From contig CAYXYA010000001.1 in assembly GCA_964469185.1 (NCBI GenBank), forward strand, positions 1 to 29,906: a stretch of DNA of 29,906 nt. The letters are read 5' to 3'. A program made the translations under genes and the position numbers. Source of the DNA: an uncultured bacterium. Lineage in GTDB: Bacteria > Oederibacteriota > Muellerivitia > Muellerivitales > Muellerivitaceae. Positions within the stretch are counted from its first letter, which is position 1; every line of letters starts with the position of its first letter. Below are positions 15,366 through 22,643 of the stretch, one piece after another. Under the pieces are notes generated by a model, which saw only the letters and a list, made by a program, of their open reading frames with translations, ran no database searches and was not told the DNA's origin.

Positions 15366-16367
15366 ATGGAGGATGGCTTTTTGCGGTTGCGGGGAGAATT
15401 TGGGAAGCAGATGGAGGTGAGGCGGTATTCAGAGGCCACGAGGGAAGCATATAGCGGGAACTTGAGGGTGTTTCTGGAATTCCTGGGAGGACAGGGGGTT
15501 TTGGATATCAGGCGGGTGGGGAGGGAGATTTTGAGGGCGTATGAGGCAAAAGTTTTGGAAGGCCAAACCCAGAAGGGCCGGCCATATGGATGGGGAACCA
15601 AGTGCATGAAAATCCGCTCGGTGAAGAGGCTCTTTGAATGGCTGGAGGAGACCCAAAAGATTTTGGTGAATCCGGCGGAATTTTTGAAGGAACCCAAGAG
15701 AGAAAGTCGTCTGCCCCGTGGAGTTTTGACTCAAGAGCAGGTGGAGCGGGTCTTGGATCAGCCCAACTTGACGGCTCCATTGGGCATCCGTGACCGGGCC
15801 ATCTTGGAGGTCTTTTATTCCACGGGGATACGGTTGGGGGAATTGGTGAGGCTGAATCTTTTGGACGTGGATTTGGAGGGTGGCCTTTTGCGGGTGAACG
15901 GAGGCAAGGGGGCGAAAGACCGGGTGGTGCCATTGGGTGAAGTGTCCGTCAAGTTCCTCAAGGAATACCTAGGCAGAGTGAGGCTGAAATTGAGGACACC
16001 TAAAAGCTCGAAGCATGCGGCGAAAATGGGGCCAGACAGCCAGATTCTTTTTCTGGCTAATCGGGGGACGCCGCTTTTTGGTCCGGCGATAGCGTCAATG
16101 GTTTCGCTAATGGGCAAAAAGGCGGGAGTGAAACTCCGGCCCCATGACTTGCGGCACACATGCGCCACCCAATTGGTGAGGAACGGGGCGGATATATCGG
16201 TGGTGTCGAAACTATTGGGACACTCAGGCGTTGAAATTACTCAAATCTATACGCGGGTGGCGGGGGTGGACATGAAGAAATCCCATGAGAAGGCCCACCC
16301 ACGGGAGAGGGAGAAGGCGCAAATTGTGGAACCTGAAATTGAAATGATGAGGAGGAACAAAGGATGA
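15366..16367 (+). CDS. Tyrosine recombinase 1 (XerC/XerD-like, with N-terminal SAM-like domain)
   Basis: R-K-H-R-H-Y catalytic set intact: RDRAILEVFYSTGIR, GKGAKDR, PHDLRH, LGH, TQIY. ATG 15366 follows a GGAGG SD (ORF track starts at 15252). Confidence 0.92.
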   Translation: MEDGFLRLRGEFGKQMEVRRYSEATREAYSGNLRVFLEFLGGQGVLDIRRVGREILRAYEAKVLEGQTQKGRPYGWGTKCMKIRSVKRLFEWLEETQKILVNPAEFLKEPKRESRLPRGVLTQEQVERVLDQPNLTAPLGIRDRAILEVFYSTGIRLGELVRLNLLDVDLEGGLLRVNGGKGAKDRVVPLGEVSVKFLKEYLGRVRLKLRTPKSSKHAAKMGPDSQILFLANRGTPLFGPAIASMVSLMGKKAGVKLRPHDLRHTCATQLVRNGADISVVSKLLGHSGVEITQIYTRVAGVDMKKSHEKAHPREREKAQIVEPEIEMMRRNKG

Positions 16368-17356
16368 ATGACCTGGATTATTACCTGGAAAAGTGCGGGG
16401 AGCGGATGAGAGTTTTGAATTATGCCGATCATACCTGGGTGATGTACAGCTCCCACTTGAGGCGGTTTTTCTCGTACTTGAAGGAAATGGGGGTGACGGA
16501 GCTTTCGGCGGTGACGAAGGATCATGTGCGGGGCTACCAGACTTATTTTCATGAAAGGCTGACTCCGGAAGGCCAACCGCACGCGGTAGCGACCCAAAAC
16601 CTGGCCTTGATGGCGGTGAAGACTTTTTTCCGGTTGATGCGGGAGGAGGAATACCTGGCGAGCGACCCGGCGAGGGACATTCCCTTTGCCAAGCAACCGC
16701 AGAGGCTACCGGCGTCCATCCTGACGAGCAAGGAAGCGCGCAAGGTTTTGGAAGCCCCGGATTTGGTGACGGCGATGGGATACCGTGACCGGGCGGTGCT
16801 GGAACTACTTTACTCGACGGGAATGAGAACGTCAGAGGTTGGGGCCTTGAAGCTTCAAGACGTGGACACCAACGGGGGATACGCGAGGGTGAACCAGGGG
16901 AAAGGAGGCAAAGACCGGGTGGTGCCATTAGGGAGGATTGCCAGCCGGTACTTGGAGAACTATATCCGCTCCGTGAGGCCGCTCTTGGTGAGGAAAGACC
17001 CGACAAACCCTTACTTGTTTATCACGCTTAGGGGAAGCCGGTTTGGGGCTGATGTGATTTGGCTTATGGTGAAGCGGTGCGCGAGGAAGGCGGGAATCAG
17101 CCGAAACATTTATCCGCACACCTTCCGGCACACTTGTGCCACTTTGATGTTGAAGAACAACGCCAATATCCGGCACATCCAGGAGATGTTGGGCCACGCC
17201 AGCCTGGACACGACGCAGATATACGTATCCGTGACGATCCAGGACTTGAAGGCGGTACACCGCAAATGTCATCCCAGGGAGCGCGACCACCACGCGGAGC
17301 ATGGCCATCATGCGGAGCATGAACAGGTGAGAGAGGTTGAGCAAGGGGTCGAATGA
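16364..17356 (+). CDS. Tyrosine recombinase 2 (XerD-like), ATGA-coupled to recombinase 1; His-rich tail
   Basis: RDRAVLELLYSTGMR, GKGGKDR, PHTFRH, LGH, TQIY. The tail HHAEHGHHAEHE comes from an imperfect 18-bp duplication. Confidence 0.92.
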   Translation: MNDLDYYLEKCGERMRVLNYADHTWVMYSSHLRRFFSYLKEMGVTELSAVTKDHVRGYQTYFHERLTPEGQPHAVATQNLALMAVKTFFRLMREEEYLASDPARDIPFAKQPQRLPASILTSKEARKVLEAPDLVTAMGYRDRAVLELLYSTGMRTSEVGALKLQDVDTNGGYARVNQGKGGKDRVVPLGRIASRYLENYIRSVRPLLVRKDPTNPYLFITLRGSRFGADVIWLMVKRCARKAGISRNIYPHTFRHTCATLMLKNNANIRHIQEMLGHASLDTTQIYVSVTIQDLKAVHRKCHPRERDHHAEHGHHAEHEQVREVEQGVE

Positions 17357-17441
17357 CCCAAGGGGCCAATGGCCCTAGTGAAATTTAAAAGGTGTATATT
17401 TTAAAAAAGGGTCAATGACCCTACGGGTCGCTGACCCAAAG
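17346..17441. repeat. Four further GGGTC/GACCC-family palindromes downstream of recombinase 2; copy at 27355-27450
   Basis: GGGTCGAATGACCC (17346), GGGCCAATGGCCC (17363), GGGTCAATGACCC (17409), GGGTCGCTGACCC (17425). Confidence 0.8.
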
Positions 17442-17450
17442 GAGGTGGAT

Positions 17451-17930
17451 ATGGCAACACTTAAAGAGCAGGTGAAGGACTTGACGCAAAGACTTGAGAA
17501 GCTGGAGAAACGGATGGGGATGGCTCCCTTGAAAGGGGTTTTGGCCGACTTCAAGAAAATGATGGAAAACTTCGATCGGCGAACGTTGGAACAAATTTTC
17601 CAGGGCGAGAGTGACCGAGGTTTGGCGATTGCCTTGATGGGTCAGGCGAAACCCGTTTTGGAGAACGCCAAGGGAGCTATGTCGAAAGCCCGTTGGAAAC
17701 AGGTTCGTGCGGAGATGGAAAACCTGATGGTGGAAGGTGTAAGCAAAAGATGGGTGAAGTCATCCCAGGAGGATTTACAGCGCAAAATACAAAGGCTGGA
17801 GGACATGGGGGAAATTGTTGTGGGTGGCATGGGTGGGCCAATGGTAGGGCACCGTTGGCCGTTCCCCGAACCCCCGAAGCTTGATTTGCGGGACTGGAAG
17901 GAAGACGTATTGGATTCGTTGGCGGGATGA
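17451..17930 (+). CDS. Stand-alone FliG C-terminal-domain-like protein with an N-terminal coiled coil
   Basis: DRRTLEQIF...LAIALMG...MSK...QEDLQRKIQRLEDMGEIVV resembles the FliG_C pattern (DDRSIQRVL...LALALKG...MSK...Q..I...IRRLEEAGEIVI). ATG 17451 follows a GGAGGT SD. Confidence 0.7.
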   Translation: MATLKEQVKDLTQRLEKLEKRMGMAPLKGVLADFKKMMENFDRRTLEQIFQGESDRGLAIALMGQAKPVLENAKGAMSKARWKQVRAEMENLMVEGVSKRWVKSSQEDLQRKIQRLEDMGEIVVGGMGGPMVGHRWPFPEPPKLDLRDWKEDVLDSLAG

Positions 17931-17941
17931 TGAAATGAAGG

Positions 17942-17982
17942 AAGGGCATGGGATCCACGGGGTGGATTTCGTGCCCTTTTTC
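17942..17982 (+). terminator. Rho-independent terminator after the FliG-C-like gene; copy at 27951-27991
   Basis: 17-bp stem AAGGGCATGGGATCCAC / GTGGATTTCGTGCCCTT (3 G-U pairs), 3-nt loop, ending in a T-run. Confidence 0.7.
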
Positions 17983-18015
17983 TGTTTCCATGCAAAAAAG
18001 ATTAAAAGATCGCCC

Positions 18016-18064
18016 TTAGTAGGGTGTGATTACACCCTACTAAAACGCAACGGAAGGATATAAT
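18016..18064 (+). promoter_or_regulatory. Perfect 12-bp inverted repeat (candidate TA operator) and TATAAT -10 box; copy at 28025-28073
   Basis: TTAGTAGGGTGT-GATT-ACACCCTACTAA (18016-18043); TATAAT at 18059-18064, 6 nt before ATG 18071. Confidence 0.6.
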
Positions 18065-18070
18065 CCGACC

Positions 18071-18304
18071 ATGAAGACCACGAATTATTTTAAGAATTAC
18101 GTCGTGCCCAAAAGACCATATCTCAAGGAGGAATGGCTGGAAAGGGCGGCCAAAAGCCCTTTGAAACGGGAGGTACAGTCCGATGGACGAATTCGAACTT
18201 GGATTTACGTGGAAGAGATGGGAAAATACATACGGGTCGTGTTTCTGGAAGATGGCGAAACGGTGCACAATGCCTTTCCAGACCGACGTTTCAAAGGGGG
18301 TTGA
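18071..18304 (+). CDS. Small basic protein, putative RelE/BrnT-like (DUF4258-like) toxin of a type II TA pair
   Basis: 77 aa, ...QSDGRIRTWIYVEEMGKYIRVVFLEDGETVHNAFPDRRF; directly upstream of the DUF2283 gene. Confidence 0.6.
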   Translation: MKTTNYFKNYVVPKRPYLKEEWLERAAKSPLKREVQSDGRIRTWIYVEEMGKYIRVVFLEDGETVHNAFPDRRFKGG

Positions 18305-18306
18305 AA

Positions 18307-18516
18307 ATGAAATTTCATTATGACCGTGAGACCGATTCACTTTATATCGAATTGTCCAAAAAACCGAGCGTGGACAGTAATGAAGTGGAAGATGGAGTTG
18401 TGTTGGATTTTGATGAGAAACACCACTTGGTCGGGATAGACGTTCAACATGCTAGCAAGACCGTTGACCTGAATCACTTGGAAGCGGATTTCATGCCGTT
18501 GGCCTCGGCGGGCTAA
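18307..18516 (+). CDS. DUF2283-family protein, putative antitoxin
   Basis: MKFHYDRETDSLYIEL...SNEVEDGVVLDFDEKHHLVGIDV matches the DUF2283 pattern. ATG is 2 nt after the upstream stop (ORF track overextends to 18133). Confidence 0.8.
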   Translation: MKFHYDRETDSLYIELSKKPSVDSNEVEDGVVLDFDEKHHLVGIDVQHASKTVDLNHLEADFMPLASAG

Positions 18517-18518
18517 AG

Positions 18519-18758
18519 ATGTCGCGCCCCGCAAAGAAGAAAATTCCTAAAATCATTGCCGTGGGCCAGAAAATCGTTCTGATGGAAAATGGCGCGGAGG
18601 GCGTGATTGAAGGACGAACCGAATCTGGCCAGTATGTAGTGAAGTTGAAAAAAGGAAACCAGTTAGTAACCAAAACTGCCGATGAGTTACGACCAGCCTT
18701 TTCCAAAGGCGTATTAGCCCACTTGTCGCCGAGACCGAAGCCTCCGTTTCAACCTTGA
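18519..18758 (+). CDS. Hypothetical small protein, possible SH3/Tudor/KOW-like barrel
   Basis: VGQKIVL..NGAEGVIEGRTESGQYVVKL pattern; starts 2 nt after the DUF2283 stop. Confidence 0.5.
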   Translation: MSRPAKKKIPKIIAVGQKIVLMENGAEGVIEGRTESGQYVVKLKKGNQLVTKTADELRPAFSKGVLAHLSPRPKPPFQP

Positions 18759-19268
18759 TCTAAAAATCTAAAATTTAAAGTTAGACGAATAGGTAAAGGC
18801 CGAGTCGCCTAATCCCCCGCCTTGGTTTCCCCCTTTGGAATCCCTCTTCCGAGGCGCCCCCATTCCAATGAATCCCCAAAGGGGGAAACCCATCCTTCCC
18901 AACACTAAAGACTTTTTTGAATGTGTTGGGTCCCTTTTGGGGGAACCGGCGCGGCCCACGGTCCCCGGGCCGCCCTATCGGGTCACGTCCTTTCTGATAT
19001 TTTTCCCTTTTGGCCACAAGCGGCCGAGGGAATGGTTTACCCGCCCGCCATCCCGTCCGCCCTAGAAGGGCTCCCTGAGTCGAAGACTCCCTGAGAAAAA
19101 GACTGCCAAGAAGCCAAAGCGGAGTAGTAGAATAGAGCGCAATTAACCACCCACATGGCATACGAAATTTCAAAAAGGGGCGTTACTTGAAGGCCACCTT
19201 ACCGAAGTCGAAATCTCCTAAAAACAAACAACCACAAGGGCTTTGTATCTTCGAAGAGGAAGAGGCTC

Positions 19269-19296
19269 ACACGATAAAAGACGATTTATATCGTCT
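19269..19296 (+). other. attP-like (circle-junction) site: ACACGATAAAA-GACGAT-TTATATCGTCT, dif-like 11-6-11 inverted repeat
   Basis: Left arm ACACGATAAAA versus reverse complement of right arm AGACGATATAA gives 9/11 matches around a 6-bp spacer. It sits exactly at the tandem junction. Confidence 0.85.
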
Positions 19297-21151
19297 AACG
19301 TCTGCCGTAGGCCATTTCCGTGGGACGGGTGACGCGAAAGGTTGGAAGAGCGACTACACCCTGAAGATGGACTACGACACTATCCACAACATCACGGAAA
19401 AGAACCAGCATGTGACAGGGCAGTTCACGGGTGATACTCCCAAAGACCGCATGAAGGGAACTTATGATTACAACTACAAGTACACGGGCACGCCTCATGC
19501 GCCGACCGTTATTGGCAATCGTAGTTTCACTTATGACCTGAACGGCAACCAACTTGGGTTCGAGGAAAAGGGACACGGGTCGGATCGCACAATTTCCTGG
19601 GATGAGGAAAACCGTATCCAGTCCATCAAGGATGGAAGCCAGCAGGGAGGCAAATCAACCACCACAGGGCTGACCTTCCAATATGACGACGCTGGACAGC
19701 GCATCATCAAGGAACAGGGCGAAGACACGACCGCCTATATCAACCAGTTCTTTACGGTGAAACAGCCCATGAAGAACAGTGGGGCAATCGAAAGTAAGCA
19801 TATCTTCGCGGGAAGTACCCGTATCTTGACCCAGATCGTTCATGGCGAAGGAAGCGCCGCTGTTGCGGGGGGCGGCAGTGGTGCCAGCTCAACCTCCAGT
19901 TCAAGCTCCTCAACGGGAATAACCCACGGGCACGGCGTTCATTCAACTAACCATGGTGCCAAGAATAATAGCAATGGAAATGGTGGAGGCGGACTAGGCA
20001 ACAACACGGGAACAAATTTTGTGACTATTACAACCGATACGCCGGTTTTTGAGGGTTCGTCCTTGAACTCACAAACGTTGGGTAATGTGGTTCAGTGCGA
20101 TGTGCTTACCCTGTTGACCCTGACGCCTGACAACCAAGGGTTCTACAAGGTGGAGTTTGGCGGCAAGGTGGGTTTTGTGCCAGCGGCTGATGCGGTGGTG
20201 GGCACGTCGCCCAGTTGTGAAGGCACATCGGGAAGCGTGTTACCCAAAGACAACTTTATCTTCTACTACCACACCGACCACCTGGGAAGCACAGGGTACA
20301 TGACGGACTGGCAAGGGAAGGTGCGTGAAAACCTACAGTACACACCCTTTGGGGAGACATGGATCGAGCAACGCCGAGGGATGAAAATTTTTCCAGATTT
20401 TGAGTTCACCTCAAAAATTTTGGATTCTGAGACGGGGCTTTACTATTACGGCGCACGTTATTACGACCCGAGGACAAGCGTGTGGCAGTCAGCAGACCCT
20501 GCATTACTTAAATTTTTGCCAGGTGCAAAAATTAAATATGTTCCGAAATTTGAAAGAGAACCAAATTGGAAATGGGTAATAGGTCTCCCAGGAGAAGGAG
20601 GGGTTTTTGAGCCTTCAAATTTAGGGTTGTTTTCATATGCGGGGAATAATCCTCTTAAATATGCTGACCCGAATGGTGAATATATATTATCAGCTTCCTT
20701 TATGGCTGCTTACCCAAATGCGTCGAAGGAAATAATCAAACTTATTACAAAGTTAAATAAGTTAAAACTAGAAGTTTATAAACAAGTAACTGGAGCGAGC
20801 GCTAAAGAAGTAAAAACCGCTATGACCGAAGGAAAGGGTCCGATAATTACTGGCAGCTTCATCCCAAAATCTTCAGAAGCGCCAAACGGTGCATATGGCC
20901 AACAAATAGATTCTGTTCTTATGTTGGATATTAAAAGTACATTAGATAAATACGAAAAGGGCGAAATCTCAACAAAGTTGTTTGATGCAACTGTCGAACA
21001 TGAAACGGCCCACTACCTTGCTCAAAAACATGGTTTGGAAGATTCGAGTGAAAAGGGAAAACATGAACGAGGAAATGATTACGAGATGGGTGTTTACAAA
21101 GAAATAACTAATGAATCCAATTCCCCTGTCGAAAAAGAAAAGGACAAATAG
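19280..21151 (+). pseudogene. Orphan rhs 3' fragment (tip A), identical to 9271-11142; in frame with a 31-codon element-derived leader from TTG 19187
   Basis: ORF 19187-21151: residues from DDLYRL onward are identical to the C-terminus of ORF 5269-11142. Confidence 0.85.
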
Positions 21152-21152
21152 C

Positions 21153-21635
21153 TTGCAAAACAGAGGAAGGCTGGAACAAAGTTTTAAAAGATTTTCATTT
21201 TTATTTATTTTTGCATTTATGTTTACTTGCTTTGCGAATGCAAAAGATAGGTGCATCCTTTCAATTCAAATGGACAAGTCACAATATACTGAAAAGGATG
21301 CAATTCTATTAACCTTGTTATTGAAAAACCAAACCAAAGATACAATTGTTCTTCCTGATTTATTGAGCATTGGTGCTGGTACACTTAGTTTTGAAATTAA
21401 AAATGAAAAAGGTAAATCCATAACTTATAAGGGACCGCACTTTAAAATAATACCGCCCGGTAATTTCAAACTTGGCATTGATGAAATTTGGGGTTGCGTA
21501 AAAAACTTAACTGAATTTTACAAGTTCGAAAAAGGTAAATATTCAGTGAAGTGCATATATAACAATAAGTATTTTGCAGAAAATAATAACGTTTTACGCC
21601 TTGAATCAAACGTGATTTCATTTGTGGTGGAGTGA
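21153..21635 (+). CDS. Putative exported immunity protein (copy 2)
   Basis: Identical to 11144-11626. Confidence 0.7.
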   Translation: MQNRGRLEQSFKRFSFLFIFAFMFTCFANAKDRCILSIQMDKSQYTEKDAILLTLLLKNQTKDTIVLPDLLSIGAGTLSFEIKNEKGKSITYKGPHFKIIPPGNFKLGIDEIWGCVKNLTEFYKFEKGKYSVKCIYNNKYFAENNNVLRLESNVISFVVE

Positions 21636-21674
21636 CTTTTAAAATATTCAAACCGCGACTTTCTCCCGACCCCG

Positions 21675-21953
21675 CTAAGATTTTCTTTCTTGATTTGGTT
21701 TCCCTTTTTGTTTGAAGAACACATCTTTGAGATTGTTTCGCTCGGTCAGTAGATGCTCGATGAGTTTCAGGCGTGTTTTTTCTTTTCGCGTCCCGTGCTG
21801 ACGAATACGGGTTTTTTCCTCGTCGGAGATCAAGGCGTCGGGGTGCTGGGTTTGCAGCATTTCGGCCACTTCCTCGTCGGTGAAGTCGGGGGCTTTTTCA
21901 TCCTCGACGGCTTTCATGCGTTCCTGCCAGTATTTCCAGTCGCGAGTTTCCAT
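21675..21953 (-). CDS. Hypothetical 92-aa protein (copy 2)
   Basis: Identical to 11666-11944. Confidence 0.6.
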   Translation of the reverse strand: METRDWKYWQERMKAVEDEKAPDFTDEEVAEMLQTQHPDALISDEEKTRIRQHGTRKEKTRLKLIEHLLTERNNLKDVFFKQKGKPNQERKS

Positions 21954-22348
21954 TATTCTTTCGCCCCATCTTTGACCCTGGCGGCTTTGAGGACGCGGTC
22001 AAGGTATTGAGCGACGTGTTTTCGCTCGGATTCGGGCAGTTTTTCAACCTGGGAAAACCTTCTTTTCAAGCGTGAGTCTTTCGGTTTTGTTCTTTCCGAT
22101 TCTTTTTGCAAACCCAATAATTGATCCGTAGAGACCCCCAAGGCTTTGGCGATAGCGGGTAGGAGATGGGTCGGGGCATGCTGGGTTTGCGATTCATAGT
22201 AGGCGATGACCCGTTGGGAAACTTCGAGCTCGGCGGCCAAATCACGTTGGGTGTAGCCGGCGGCTTTTCTAATGCGAGCCAACCTTTTCCCAAAAGGGTC
22301 TTCCGGGTTCAAATGACGAGGTTTTTGTTTTGTCAAAATCAGCTCCAA
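21953..22348 (-). CDS. XRE-family HTH regulator (copy 2)
   Basis: Identical to 11944-12339. Confidence 0.9.
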   Translation of the reverse strand: MELILTKQKPRHLNPEDPFGKRLARIRKAAGYTQRDLAAELEVSQRVIAYYESQTQHAPTHLLPAIAKALGVSTDQLLGLQKESERTKPKDSRLKRRFSQVEKLPESERKHVAQYLDRVLKAARVKDGAKE

Positions 22349-22643
22349 AATCGAGATGGGTGTTTAATTATTACTTATACGTATAAGTAATTATAAAACT
22401 TCCCTATAGGTAAGTTTTATATTTTTCCATGTATAAAACCATGTTTTTATCCATGTATTCATCGTATGAGGCTTGAGGGGGTTTTCCCGCCGGTCATGAA
22501 AGCAAACGCAGTGTAACCTTGAATTTAAAACCGACGAAAAAACGGTTGACAATTAGATACCAAAATAGTATCAAATGCGTACAAGGTATAATTTTAGAAA
22601 ATTCCTAAATAAATATTGACAGGTTTTCTAAGGGAGGTCAGTT

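Larger units (their letters stand above)
9271..19279. mobile_element. Rhs-tip-carrying tyrosine-recombinase integrative element, copy 1 (10,009 bp)
   Basis: Bounded by GACGAT cores at 9271 and 19280. Encodes two tyrosine recombinases, a primase/ATPase and an XRE regulator. The unit repeats at offset 10,009. Confidence 0.85.

Noticed and set aside
15252-16367. Calling the recombinases the chromosomal xerC/xerD genes
   Set aside because: They are tandem, duplicated and embedded in a mobile backbone; the family is supported but orthology is not, so no gene symbol is given.
12730-17369. Antisense and overlapping ORFs across the primase and recombinase genes (e.g. 16224-17006 minus, Pro/Ser-rich)
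   Set aside because: Shadows of G-rich sense codons; no SD or motifs.
15155-17441. CRISPR-like array or IS terminal repeats from the GGGTC/GACCC motifs
   Set aside because: No regular repeat-spacer periodicity, no cas genes, no transposase or target-site duplication.
17415-17930. Calling the ORF fliG
   Set aside because: Only the C-terminal domain is present and there is no flagellar operon context.
18768-19173. ORFs 18768-18959, 18781-19173 and 18835-19065 in the element arm
   Set aside because: Mutually overlapping, low-complexity translations in a hairpin-rich region; more likely non-coding.
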